DNA of 64,000 bases from a virus. Made by a program: the position numbers and the translations under genes. The stretch lies in IMG/VR virus record IMGVR_UViG_3300045988_093487, one strand, 5' to 3'. Each line of letters starts with the position of its first letter. Position 1 is the stretch's first letter. Shown in pieces: positions 1 through 9,273 of this stretch. A model generated the notes under the pieces. That model searched no databases. It saw only the letters and a list, made by a program, of their open reading frames with translations, and was not told where the DNA came from.

Positions 1-1
1 T

Positions 2-1123
2 ATGATTATTAACGGTAAACGCGCATTAGCATACGTAACTAAGATTGATGATATCGAACCGTTACAGGGATATGATAGGGTAGAGTACGCTAGAGTAGGG
101 GGATGGGGAGTCATTGTTTCCAAGGCTGACCAGTTTAAGTCCGGAGATAAGTGTGTTTATTTTGAGGTTGACTCTAAGGTAAATGCAGATGACCCTCGGT
201 TCGCTTTTATGGCAAAGCGTGACTATAAGGTTAAGTGCATTAAGATGTGCAAGGTATACTCTCAGGGCTTGATTATGCCTGTGAGTGCATTTGATGAGTT
301 AAAGGATGCAAATATTGGTGACGATGTTACTGATATTTTAAAGGTTCGCTATTCTGTCGAAGAGGATAACGCTCGTAAGTCGGATGTGGCTGAAAAGAAA
401 TTGACTTTCTTCGAGCGTATCAAGAATTTCTTTACTGGCAAGAAGGTAACTAATCCTCGCAAGTTCCCTACTAAGTTTGAGTACGTAAAGAAGTCGGACG
501 AAGAGCGTGTTGAGAATATGCCATTTATTTTGAAGGACAAAGAGCCTTGGATTAAGACCCAGAAGATTGATGGAACTTCTTCTACTTATATCATGGAAAA
601 GAAACCGTTTGGCCGTTGGGAATATTATGTATGTTCTCGCAATGTGCGTCAGCTTGACCGTAATCAGTTCACTTGGCACAATAAGGGCGGTAACGCTGAA
701 TCTAATGTGTACTGGGATATGAACGACAAGTATCATATTGATGAGTTCTTGAAGCGTTACATCAAGGATAATAACCTAAAGTATGCGGCATTGCAGGGTG
801 AAACCGCTGGCCCTAATCTTCAGGGTAATCCTCACAAGTATGGTGAAGTATGTTTCTTTGGTTACAATTTGATTCGTTCTGACGTTGGGCGTATCAATTC
901 TTTGGATGCAAAGAAGATTTGTAATGCTAATGGAATTGATTGGGTTCCTATCGCAGATGAGCATTATATCTTACCCGATGATATGGAGACTTTAAAGCTG
1001 GATGCTGATGGTGAGTGTATTGTTGGCACTGGCTTGCGTGAAGGTTGGGTTTATCGTAGTCTTGACGGTCAGCGCTCTTTTAAGAATGTTAGCCGTAAGT
1101 ATATGATGAAGCATGACGAATAA
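2..1123 (+). CDS. ATP-dependent RNA ligase (Rnl-like nucleotidyltransferase)
   Basis: KxDG adenylation motif (KTQKIDGTSSTY) after an N-terminal domain; ORF starts at window edge; sits in an RNA-repair neighbourhood. Confidence 0.55.
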   Translation: MIINGKRALAYVTKIDDIEPLQGYDRVEYARVGGWGVIVSKADQFKSGDKCVYFEVDSKVNADDPRFAFMAKRDYKVKCIKMCKVYSQGLIMPVSAFDELKDANIGDDVTDILKVRYSVEEDNARKSDVAEKKLTFFERIKNFFTGKKVTNPRKFPTKFEYVKKSDEERVENMPFILKDKEPWIKTQKIDGTSSTYIMEKKPFGRWEYYVCSRNVRQLDRNQFTWHNKGGNAESNVYWDMNDKYHIDEFLKRYIKDNNLKYAALQGETAGPNLQGNPHKYGEVCFFGYNLIRSDVGRINSLDAKKICNANGIDWVPIADEHYILPDDMETLKLDADGECIVGTGLREGWVYRSLDGQRSFKNVSRKYMMKHDE

Positions 1124-1137
1124 TCTAAAATAAGGAG

Positions 1138-1185
1138 AAACGCCGATACTGTCTTTAATGTGAAGAAAAGTCGGCGTTATTTATT
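1138..1185 (+). terminator. rho-independent terminator
   Basis: hairpin aacgccga...tcggcgtt followed by atttatt. Confidence 0.5.
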
Positions 1186-1187
1186 AA

Positions 1188-1415
1188 ATGGCATATTATA
1201 CCTACGAGCAGTTGGTAAATAAGATAAATAATGGCGAAGTAATTTATTTCGTTAATGCTGAATGCGATATTACAGAGTTTTCTTTTGATGGTCATTATAA
1301 AATGACAATATCAAATCTAATGAAAGTTATTTTTAACAAAGAATTAACCGAAGAAGAATTTAATGAACGCTTCACATATTATGTGAGACATTTCAAGATT
1401 GGCGGTAAAAAATGA
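1188..1415 (+). CDS. hypothetical protein
   Basis: 75 aa ORF with ATGA overlap to next gene. Confidence 0.4.
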   Translation: MAYYTYEQLVNKINNGEVIYFVNAECDITEFSFDGHYKMTISNLMKVIFNKELTEEEFNERFTYYVRHFKIGGKK

Positions 1416-1780
1416 ATAATGAAAAGTGTATGAATTGTGGAACTACAGTTGATGTTGAAGGTGTTGATATTTTGCCGCTTAAATATGGCAGTAGGTTTGA
1501 TGGTTGGGGGACGAGAGTTTTTCTCTGTAAGAAATGCTTGAGCGCTAGTCCATTTACTTCTATTGTTGCGGTAACAAACAAGGAACTTTCTGAGAGCAGT
1601 GATGCAACAGACGAAGATTTGCTTGAGTATAAGAATGAAGATGATATGTTTGATTACATCGAGTCCTTATCTCTTGAAAGTCAGGAAAAATTTTTTAACA
1701 GTAACGCTTACGGCGAGTTCTATACAAAACTGTCACCGGCTGTATGGTTGATGGCAGAAAGGAGTAGGGTGAATGGCTAA
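1412..1780 (+). CDS. hypothetical zinc-ribbon protein
   Basis: CxxC...CxxC pairs (CMNCG, CKKC) and an acidic C-terminus. Confidence 0.45.
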   Translation: MNNEKCMNCGTTVDVEGVDILPLKYGSRFDGWGTRVFLCKKCLSASPFTSIVAVTNKELSESSDATDEDLLEYKNEDDMFDYIESLSLESQEKFFNSNAYGEFYTKLSPAVWLMAERSRVNG

Positions 1781-2615
1781 TTATCAGAAAATCTTAGAGA
1801 GATTAAATCGTAGAAAAGACTATATCGAGCTAAATAGAAAATGCAAGGTCGTATTTGTCGGCCTATTTGGTAGTCAGAATTATGGACTTGATGATAACGA
1901 TTCTGACATTGATTGTGTTGTTGTTACAATGCCATCACTCGATGATTTAATTAGTGGTAAAACTGATGTAAAGACACTAACTCAATCAGAGTTCTCATCT
2001 GATTCTTCCGATGATGGTCAGGTAAAGTTGATGGATATTCGTGATTTTGCAAAACAGTTGGCAAAGGGCAGTTTTGTTAATCTTGAGGCGTTATTCTCTG
2101 ATTATGTCATTGTGGATGACTCTTTTAGAGATTTTTATAATGTTAGAAATAAAATTTACGATAGATATATCTGGCATTACCAGAACGCTGTATATGGTGC
2201 TATTCACCATATCTTAAACTACTACGAGATGAACGCTTGCGCTAACGAAGAAAATAAACAGTCAAAGCGTATGTATGAAGCGTTGCGTCTGAAGAATCTT
2301 TATAATCAACTTACGGATAAGAGTGACGTAGAGTCAAATTCGCGTCCAGAATTTTATATTGCCAATTTATCTGAAAGATGTTCTATCGGGAATGTAAAGT
2401 GCGGTGTTCTTGATAGTGCACAGTTTTTTGATAATGTAAAAGATATTGAAGCGCCTAGCACAAAAGAACCAAAGGTAGCGGAGTCTTTGTGTGGATTTAA
2501 CATTCAGATTTTGGCAAATCTTACCATTAAGAATAGTATAACTGGTAATTTGTACAGAAATAATTATGCTGCGAGTTCTGTAAGTTGTGCAAAAACATCA
2601 TACACAACCGCTTGA
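1773..2615 (+). CDS. Pol-beta superfamily nucleotidyltransferase
   Basis: GS-x9-DxD motif (GLFGSQNYGLDDNDSDID) typical of minimal nucleotidyltransferases. Confidence 0.5.
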   Translation: MANYQKILERLNRRKDYIELNRKCKVVFVGLFGSQNYGLDDNDSDIDCVVVTMPSLDDLISGKTDVKTLTQSEFSSDSSDDGQVKLMDIRDFAKQLAKGSFVNLEALFSDYVIVDDSFRDFYNVRNKIYDRYIWHYQNAVYGAIHHILNYYEMNACANEENKQSKRMYEALRLKNLYNQLTDKSDVESNSRPEFYIANLSERCSIGNVKCGVLDSAQFFDNVKDIEAPSTKEPKVAESLCGFNIQILANLTIKNSITGNLYRNNYAASSVSCAKTSYTTA

Positions 2616-2640
2616 CAAAGCTAGAAAGTTTTGATATAAT
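2612..2640 (+). promoter_or_regulatory. sigma70-like promoter (TTGACA, 17 bp spacer, TATAAT)
   Basis: cttgacaaagctagaaagttttgatataat. Confidence 0.55.
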
Positions 2641-2663
2641 AACTACAGAAACGGAGAGATAGG

Positions 2664-3677
2664 GTGAAGTGTAAGACAGTCGATGATGTATTAAAAGCGA
2701 TGTCTGTAGACGATGTATTTACGAACAATCCTTCAATTTTGAAAGCAGAGTATCGTGAATATTTAAAGATGTTTCATCCAGATTTTCACAATGGTGAGAT
2801 GACCTATCAAGAAGTAACCTCAAAAATTGTGATGCTCTATGAAAAGGCCACAGACTTAATCGCTAGAGGTGCATGGGAAGAATCTAATAAGATTCGTTTA
2901 AGCAAACCAAACGGAAAAACGCTTATCGTATCGTATCTGAAAGAATACGGTTTTGAACTTGGAAAGATGTATTTATGTAATAATCATATTGTATATGTCA
3001 TTCCGAGACAACACAAGAAGTATTACGATAACTATATTAGTTCAATTAGATTTTCGTGTCCTAGAGATATGATGCAGAGTGTTGATTACGCGCTACCGCA
3101 TATTGTTCAAAATTTTGAGAACAACGAAGAGTGCGTGATTATCATTAAGCGCGAACATGGCTGTGTTCCTCTTTCTGAGGTATGGAATAATTTCAATAAT
3201 AAGATTCCTATTAAGCACACAGCTTGGGTAATTTCACGCTTACTTAATCTTGCTTGCTTCTTGTCGTATAATAATGTGGTTCACAATGGTATTGACATTA
3301 ACAGTTGTTTTGTTGATATTGAAAAACATGGAATTATGTTATACGGTGGATGGTGGTATACACGCCCTGTTGATGCAAAGATGATTGGTGTTAGCAGCGA
3401 AGTGTATGATGTTATGCCGCCGTCTGCGAAGCGCAACAAGAAATCTAAGAAAAGCACTGATATGGAATGTATTAAGATGCTTGGGATTAAGTTACTTGGA
3501 TGCACTTCAAAAATTTCAGATGCAACAGTTCCAGACCAGATTATGATGTGGTTAAGAACTGGTTCTGGTGAATACCCTCCTACAGAAATGAAAAGATGGG
3601 AAATGTCACTTGACGCAGCATTTGGAAAACGCACGTTTACAAAAATGAATCCAGAAATGGGTAAAATTAAAGTTTAA
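2664..3677 (+). CDS. J-domain-like / kinase-fold-like protein
   Basis: N-terminal HPD motif in a J-domain-like context (KAEYREYLKMFHPDFHNGE); kinase-catalytic-loop-like HNGIDINSCFVD; weak. Confidence 0.35.
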   Translation: MKCKTVDDVLKAMSVDDVFTNNPSILKAEYREYLKMFHPDFHNGEMTYQEVTSKIVMLYEKATDLIARGAWEESNKIRLSKPNGKTLIVSYLKEYGFELGKMYLCNNHIVYVIPRQHKKYYDNYISSIRFSCPRDMMQSVDYALPHIVQNFENNEECVIIIKREHGCVPLSEVWNNFNNKIPIKHTAWVISRLLNLACFLSYNNVVHNGIDINSCFVDIEKHGIMLYGGWWYTRPVDAKMIGVSSEVYDVMPPSAKRNKKSKKSTDMECIKMLGIKLLGCTSKISDATVPDQIMMWLRTGSGEYPPTEMKRWEMSLDAAFGKRTFTKMNPEMGKIKV

Positions 3678-3693
3678 TTATAAGGAGAAAAAT

Positions 3694-4656
3694 ATGGGAT
3701 ATTCACATTGGGACGCATCTAGCTGGGATAGCTATTCTACTCGTAATGTCACTAATAAGACGAGCGTTTCTGGTGGCGGTTCGTCCAGTTTGTATCAGTC
3801 TACGGCCATGCCTGATGACATGAATCCGAAGAATATTACTGTTCGTGAATCTCGTGACAGTAATGATAATCCGAATAGTACGCCTATTATCATTGCGCTG
3901 GATGTCACTGGTTCCATGTCGCCTGTTCTGCGTTCTGTTATTACGAACCTTAATACTCTGATGCAGGAGATTTACAATCGTGGTTCCATTACAGACCCGC
4001 AGGTTTGCTTTATGGCTGTTGGTGATGCTGACTATGACCTCGCACCGCTTCAGGTAAGTCAGTTTGAGAGCGACATTCGCATCGCAGAGGCTTTGCAGAA
4101 GGTGTGGTACGAAGGAAGGGGTGGTGGCAATAGTCAGGAGTCTTATACGCTTCCTTGGTATTTTGCAACCAATTATGTTAGTGCGGATGCAATCGAGAAG
4201 CGCCACAAGAAGGGTATCTTGATTACTATGGGTGACGAGCCGTGTCCTGATAAACTCACTCGCAAGCAGATTCAGAAGGTGTTTGGAACTACTATCGAAG
4301 AGGATAGCATTAGTTCCGAAGAATTGCTGAATGCAGTTAGTCGTGATTGGGATGTTTTCCATCTGATTATCGAGCAGGGCAACTACTATTCTAATCGTTA
4401 TCGTTATCACGATACAAGCCTTGTCGATGATAGCTTTGGTGAACTTCTGGGCGAACGTGCAATCCATGTGTCTGATTACAACAAGATTGCCGAAATTGTT
4501 GTTTCCATTCTGGAAGCACTGGCTGGCAAGGACATTGACGCTATCTGTGATAGCTGGGATGGTTCTACCGGAATCGTTGTCCGTAAGGCTATCGAAGGAC
4601 TGGCAACAACTGGAAATAACACTGCTACCGCAGTCAATGGCTTGGTCGAGTTCTAA
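3694..4656 (+). CDS. von Willebrand factor A (vWA) domain protein
   Basis: MIDAS motif DVTGSMS after an S/T-rich N-terminus. Confidence 0.6.
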   Translation: MGYSHWDASSWDSYSTRNVTNKTSVSGGGSSSLYQSTAMPDDMNPKNITVRESRDSNDNPNSTPIIIALDVTGSMSPVLRSVITNLNTLMQEIYNRGSITDPQVCFMAVGDADYDLAPLQVSQFESDIRIAEALQKVWYEGRGGGNSQESYTLPWYFATNYVSADAIEKRHKKGILITMGDEPCPDKLTRKQIQKVFGTTIEEDSISSEELLNAVSRDWDVFHLIIEQGNYYSNRYRYHDTSLVDDSFGELLGERAIHVSDYNKIAEIVVSILEALAGKDIDAICDSWDGSTGIVVRKAIEGLATTGNNTATAVNGLVEF

Positions 4657-4666
4657 AATCTAACGA

Positions 4667-4700
4667 TTTAGCGTGGAGAAATCCACGCTTTTTATTTTGC
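4667..4700 (+). terminator. rho-independent terminator
   Basis: agcgtggagaaatccacgct hairpin plus ttttattttg. Confidence 0.6.
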
Positions 4701-4708
4701 AAAACCCC

Positions 4709-4737
4709 TTGACTTTTCCTAGCGTCTATGATATAAT
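4709..4737 (+). promoter_or_regulatory. conserved phage promoter (aaaaccccTTGACT, 17 bp spacer, TATAAT)
   Basis: member of a 14-copy promoter family with extended upstream aaaacccc and downstream TAtAGG. Confidence 0.65.
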
Positions 4738-4771
4738 AATGATGTCAAAGATGTTTGACAGGAGGGTTTAT

Positions 4772-6034
4772 ATGGACATTAAGATTGTGATTGGCGCACA
4801 GTATGGTGATGAGGGGAAAGGCAGAACTGTTGACTATTTCACTCGTGAATGCAAGAACGGCGATATGGCTGTTGTGCTCACAAATGGTGGAGCACAGCGA
4901 GGTCATACTGTTGTAAAAGGAGATAAGCGTCACATCTTTCATCATTTCGGTTCTGGAACTATGAACGGCGCTGATACTATTATCAGCGAAATTTTTCAGG
5001 TAAATCCTATGGTATTTTCTACGGAGTGGGATGAACTGCGTGAACTTGGTTTTACTCCGAATGTATATGTCGATGAAAACTGTTTCATTGCTACACCTTG
5101 GGACGCTTTAATTAACCAGTGCTGGGAAACTGCGCTTGGAGACGGTCGTTTCGGTTCTTGCGGTCTTGGTGTCTATGAAGCCATTATCCGTAGCAAAGAG
5201 CCAAAATACGCAATTACTGTAAAAGAGATTCAGAAAGCGAACGAAGAGAATAACTGGATTCCGATTGCAGAAAAGTTGGATATTATTTGTATGGATTATG
5301 TTCCTGCACGTTTACATGAGGTTCTTGATGGCCGTGACATCCCGGAGCAGTTCGTTAGTAACTTTGAGAAAGATTACGTATTGTCTTTTTTGAGCGACTT
5401 GGCCTTCTTTATCAAACACGTTACGGTAAAAAAGTTTACTAAAACAGAGCTTAGTGCAAAATATAAGCGACTTGTGTTTGAAAACGCGCAGGGTCTTGCA
5501 ATTTCGCAGAAATACTACGAGCAAGGTGAGAATACGACTCCGACATATACCGGGCTTAGTTCAGATTTTGATGTTTTAGATGGTTTCGATGTAAAGAGTA
5601 TGGACGAGTTCGACATTGAGATTTGTTATACTACACGTTGGTATACAACTCGACATGGTGCTGGTATTCTTCCGGGCGAGACTGACGTAAATAATCTAAG
5701 CACAAAAATTATTGATAACACAAACGTACACAACGAATGGCAGGGTAGCATTAGATACGCCATGTTTGATGTTGACAGATTTGTTGGTCGCATTATGCGT
5801 GACCTGAGCGTGACACAATTTGTTGAAGGAGACTTCAACTTATCGTTTGCCATCAACGCTGTTGACCAGTGCGATAATAAGAAAATTCATTATATCATGG
5901 ATGGACGTGAAAGCGTGACTGGTGTAATTGATTTCGCAAACGTTATCTCTGAAAATTTCGCATCGTTACCGAATCTTATTTCTCGTTATCTTGGTGCTGG
6001 TGAAGATGCTAGATATACTGCCAACTGTAAGTAA
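4772..6034 (+). CDS. adenylosuccinate synthetase homolog (PurA/PurZ family)
   Basis: GAQYGDEGKGRTVD P-loop, NGGAQRGHTV and HHFGSG motifs of the PurA fold; start placed after the promoter at the RBS caggaggg; the ORF-track start at 4673 lies upstream of the promoter. Confidence 0.7.
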   Translation: MDIKIVIGAQYGDEGKGRTVDYFTRECKNGDMAVVLTNGGAQRGHTVVKGDKRHIFHHFGSGTMNGADTIISEIFQVNPMVFSTEWDELRELGFTPNVYVDENCFIATPWDALINQCWETALGDGRFGSCGLGVYEAIIRSKEPKYAITVKEIQKANEENNWIPIAEKLDIICMDYVPARLHEVLDGRDIPEQFVSNFEKDYVLSFLSDLAFFIKHVTVKKFTKTELSAKYKRLVFENAQGLAISQKYYEQGENTTPTYTGLSSDFDVLDGFDVKSMDEFDIEICYTTRWYTTRHGAGILPGETDVNNLSTKIIDNTNVHNEWQGSIRYAMFDVDRFVGRIMRDLSVTQFVEGDFNLSFAINAVDQCDNKKIHYIMDGRESVTGVIDFANVISENFASLPNLISRYLGAGEDARYTANCK

Positions 6035-6046
6035 GGAGGTATAAAT

Positions 6047-6952
6047 ATGCAGGAGTTTGTTATGTTGGTTGGACTTCCGGCAAGCGGAAAGTCTACCGTA
6101 GCGAATGAGTATATGGGAAAGGGGTATCTCATCTTTAGTTCTGATGCGATTCGCAAGGAACTTTTTGGTGACGAAAATGACCAGACTGACAATAATCTGG
6201 TATTTAATACTCTGCATAATCGCATTCGTACTGCAATGAAAGATGGTTTTAGTGTTGTATATGATGCAACGAATATCAATGCTAAACGGCGTGAAGGATT
6301 CTTACGCGAGATAGCGAAGGTAAACTGTCATAAGCATTGCGTCTTTATGGCTACTCCGTATTCCGTCTGCGTTATGCGCAATCAGAAGCGGGAGCGGAAA
6401 GTCCCCATGTCTGCTATGGAGCGTATGCGTAAGGGAATTGATATCCCGTACTACTTCGAGGGGTGGGACGAAATCACTGTTCGGCGTGTTAAGTTGGTAG
6501 CTCCGTATGAACCGTTTGACCTTGTTGACAGCCTTCTGAATTACAATCAGGAAAATCCGCATCACGAATTTACGCTTGGCGCACACATGAAAGAGGCGTG
6601 GCGTTACGCAGTAAACGAGGAATACGATATGTATGTTCAGTGGGCTGCTCTTGTCCATGATATTGGTAAACCGGCCACTAAGACGTTTACTAAAATGAAT
6701 GGAACAACTGATGGAAGTGCACATTATTACAGTCATCAGAATGTTGGTGCGTATGATTCTTTGTTCTTGAACTATCCGAAAGAAATTACGGACAAAGATA
6801 AACTGCATATTGCAGTTCTTATCAACTACCACATGATTCCCTATACATTTGGCAAGGGTAATATCGGAAAAGATAAGATGCGTGAACGTCTTGGAGACGA
6901 AATCTATAACGAGGTTATGCAAGTGCATAACTGTGATGTAAACGCACATTAA
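6047..6952 (+). CDS. polynucleotide kinase (P-loop) fused to HD-domain phosphohydrolase (Pnkp-like)
   Basis: GLPASGKST...DATN resembles T4 Pnk kinase; C-terminal H...HD...D (HHEF...LVHDIGKP). Confidence 0.6.
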   Translation: MQEFVMLVGLPASGKSTVANEYMGKGYLIFSSDAIRKELFGDENDQTDNNLVFNTLHNRIRTAMKDGFSVVYDATNINAKRREGFLREIAKVNCHKHCVFMATPYSVCVMRNQKRERKVPMSAMERMRKGIDIPYYFEGWDEITVRRVKLVAPYEPFDLVDSLLNYNQENPHHEFTLGAHMKEAWRYAVNEEYDMYVQWAALVHDIGKPATKTFTKMNGTTDGSAHYYSHQNVGAYDSLFLNYPKEITDKDKLHIAVLINYHMIPYTFGKGNIGKDKMRERLGDEIYNEVMQVHNCDVNAH

Positions 6953-6957
6953 AGAAA

Positions 6958-6983
6958 TAACCGCCATTTGGCGGTTAAATACA
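6958..6983 (+). terminator. rho-independent terminator
   Basis: aaccgccatttggcggtt hairpin then aaatac. Confidence 0.5.
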
Positions 6984-7001
6984 TATAAAAGAGGTTGAAA
7001 T

Positions 7002-8207
7002 ATGGCATTAACTTTCTATGATACCAATGCCTTGCTGAGTCTGCGTGAAAGCGCATTTGTTGAGAAATTTGCGTGTTCTCATAAAACGCTTGAGGAAATC
7101 GAGAACATTAAGACATCCGGCAAGAAAGACGATGAAACTAGGTATCGCGCAAGGAAAGTGGCACACGCTTTTCAGGATGGAAACAATTACATCGTTTGCA
7201 ACTACCCTTATGACAGAATTGTTAAGGAATTGGCCGCAAGAGGGCTTGAGGTAACTCCAGACGCAATTATTACAACAGAAGCATATCTGTTAAATTCTGA
7301 AACAGATGATGTCGTTTTTGTTACAGATGATGTAAATTGCTATAACATTGCGAAAAACATCTTTTGTCTAAAGACAGAGACTCTAAATAGCATCAAAGAA
7401 GATATTTACGAGGGATATATTAAGATTAGCGGCACAACTGACGAAATCAATGAGCAGATGGACGTTATTGACATGTCGAAGTTGTATGCCAATGAATATA
7501 TTGTAATTGACGATAAGTCGATTGGCAAAACGAAAGAAATGCGTTTTGATGGTAAAAAATTTGTTGAATTAAAGCTACCACCGTCTGGGTTTATTAAGGG
7601 CAAGAATAGTTTGCAAAGATGCGCGCTTGATGCTTTAAACAACAAGGATATTGACATTGTTGCAATTCTAGGAACGTATGGTTCTGGCAAGTCCTTCTTG
7701 TCTATGCAGATGGGATTGTATGGTGTAAATGAGAAAGGCTATCAGTCCAAAATTCTCGGTGTGCGCGAAGCGCGTGGCGAAGGTAGTGCAGTTGGTTACT
7801 TGCCCGGAGAGTTTGAGCAGAAAGTTGGTGACTTCTTTAAGCCTTTGGAGCAACAGCTAAAGGGCGGTGAGTTCGAGTTGCAGAGTCTAAAGCAGCGTGG
7901 TGTACTTGATGTTCAGATTCCTTATTATCTAAAAGGAACTACTTACGATAGTACCATTATGGTTGTTGACGAAGCAGAGGATTTAACGGAATCACAGTTG
8001 CGTTTGGTTGGCACACGTCTTGGTCAGAACTCGAGAATTTTCTTTTCTGGTGACTATAAGCAGTCTCTAATCAATAAAACTATTAGCAATCCGCTCGTTA
8101 AGATGTGTGATGAATTTAAGGGTAGCCCTAATTTTGCTTGCGTATTTCTTGATACCGATGTTCGTAGTGAAGCATCTAAGATGTTTGCTACTTTGTTTAA
8201 ACAGTAA
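7002..8207 (+). CDS. PIN-domain + PhoH-like ATPase (YlaK-like)
   Basis: N-terminal PIN-like region; Walker A GTYGSGKS; PhoH-like C-terminus. Confidence 0.65.
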   Translation: MALTFYDTNALLSLRESAFVEKFACSHKTLEEIENIKTSGKKDDETRYRARKVAHAFQDGNNYIVCNYPYDRIVKELAARGLEVTPDAIITTEAYLLNSETDDVVFVTDDVNCYNIAKNIFCLKTETLNSIKEDIYEGYIKISGTTDEINEQMDVIDMSKLYANEYIVIDDKSIGKTKEMRFDGKKFVELKLPPSGFIKGKNSLQRCALDALNNKDIDIVAILGTYGSGKSFLSMQMGLYGVNEKGYQSKILGVREARGEGSAVGYLPGEFEQKVGDFFKPLEQQLKGGEFELQSLKQRGVLDVQIPYYLKGTTYDSTIMVVDEAEDLTESQLRLVGTRLGQNSRIFFSGDYKQSLINKTISNPLVKMCDEFKGSPNFACVFLDTDVRSEASKMFATLFKQ

Positions 8208-8214
8208 TTGAATT

Positions 8215-8577
8215 ATGTATTTGCCTAATCATTTTGAAGCTATCGACAAGAGCGTTTTGAATGATAAGGCCAGATATAAAGAAGACTTTGGCGATATGTA
8301 TAGTTTATTGCTGGGTCTTCTTTCTACATCTGGCATCTATCCGAAGCATTCTTTAGATTATAACAAGATAACACTGGAGTTCGACGTAGATAACCGTATG
8401 TTGCAGATTATGATTTCTGACTTGTATGGTATGTATACATACGTAAACTATAACTCCGTAAGTAACGTAGTTACGTTAAATCTAGCTAGTTGGACTACCT
8501 ATGGTAAAATTTACCAGTTAGCCAACGCTATCTACGAATCCTACTTTAGATTGAAGAAAAATTCAAAAACCCCTTGA
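8215..8577 (+). CDS. hypothetical protein
   Basis: 120 aa ORF. Confidence 0.4.
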   Translation: MYLPNHFEAIDKSVLNDKARYKEDFGDMYSLLLGLLSTSGIYPKHSLDYNKITLEFDVDNRMLQIMISDLYGMYTYVNYNSVSNVVTLNLASWTTYGKIYQLANAIYESYFRLKKNSKTP

Positions 8578-8601
8578 CTTTTCTGTTAAAATATGGTATT
8601 A
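8573..8601 (+). promoter_or_regulatory. conserved phage promoter
   Basis: aaaaaccccTTGACT, 17 bp spacer, TATTAT. Confidence 0.6.
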
Positions 8602-8643
8602 TATAGATGTTCCAAAAAATCTTGAATAAAAGGAGAATTGAGA

Positions 8644-8967
8644 ATGGTTGTTAAGGTCGATGAAGCAAAGAAAGCAAACAGAGTCGCGTATACTGAAACA
8701 TGGTATCTCGATAACATTTCGTCAGTGAAATTTTATACACTCCCGACTGATGGTGAAGCTAATATGCCCATTATGGAAGTATACAGCCGTAGCGATAACA
8801 CCATTGATGGAGTTGAGCCACTCAAGTATGTTATGGGTGAGAATCAGCAGAAGGTTACTCTTATGACTGATACTGGGCATATTATAGAAAAATTTGGGTA
8901 CGAAGCTGTTTCTAATGGCTGGGCTGTTCACGATGGGGATGGAAGCCCGATTATGAAATCTAAGTAA
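8644..8967 (+). CDS. hypothetical protein
   Basis: ATG after RBS aaaggagaattgaga; the ORF track starts at an upstream TTG. Confidence 0.45.
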   Translation: MVVKVDEAKKANRVAYTETWYLDNISSVKFYTLPTDGEANMPIMEVYSRSDNTIDGVEPLKYVMGENQQKVTLMTDTGHIIEKFGYEAVSNGWAVHDGDGSPIMKSK

Positions 8968-8986
8968 AAAATATTCTCTAAACCCC

Positions 8987-9015
8987 TTGACAAAATTACA
9001 TTTTTATGGTAAAAT
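8987..9015 (+). promoter_or_regulatory. conserved phage promoter
   Basis: ctaaaccccTTGACA, 17 bp spacer, TAAAAT, followed by the GGTGTTCAAGG leader motif. Confidence 0.55.
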
Positions 9016-9072
9016 ATTGGTGTTCAAGGAGGTGCGAGAACCATAAGGAAAAACGGCTTTTTGACCGCTTTG

Positions 9073-9258
9073 ATGAATTTTGGAGTTAGTGAAAAAGATG
9101 CAACCGATTTTGCTAATAAAGTCATCAATATGGGCGGTAAGGTAAGTTACGAAGGCGCTTATCATACTTGGGAAACCGAAATGATTAAGGCCGGAATCGC
9201 ATCTACAAAAGATAAGATGGTTGCAAAAGATACAATCAGCAATAAATTATTTGGATAA
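9073..9258 (+). CDS. hypothetical small protein
   Basis: short ORF; start uncertain. Confidence 0.3.
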   Translation: MNFGVSEKDATDFANKVINMGGKVSYEGAYHTWETEMIKAGIASTKDKMVAKDTISNKLFG

Positions 9259-9273
9259 AAGGAGTATCTAATT

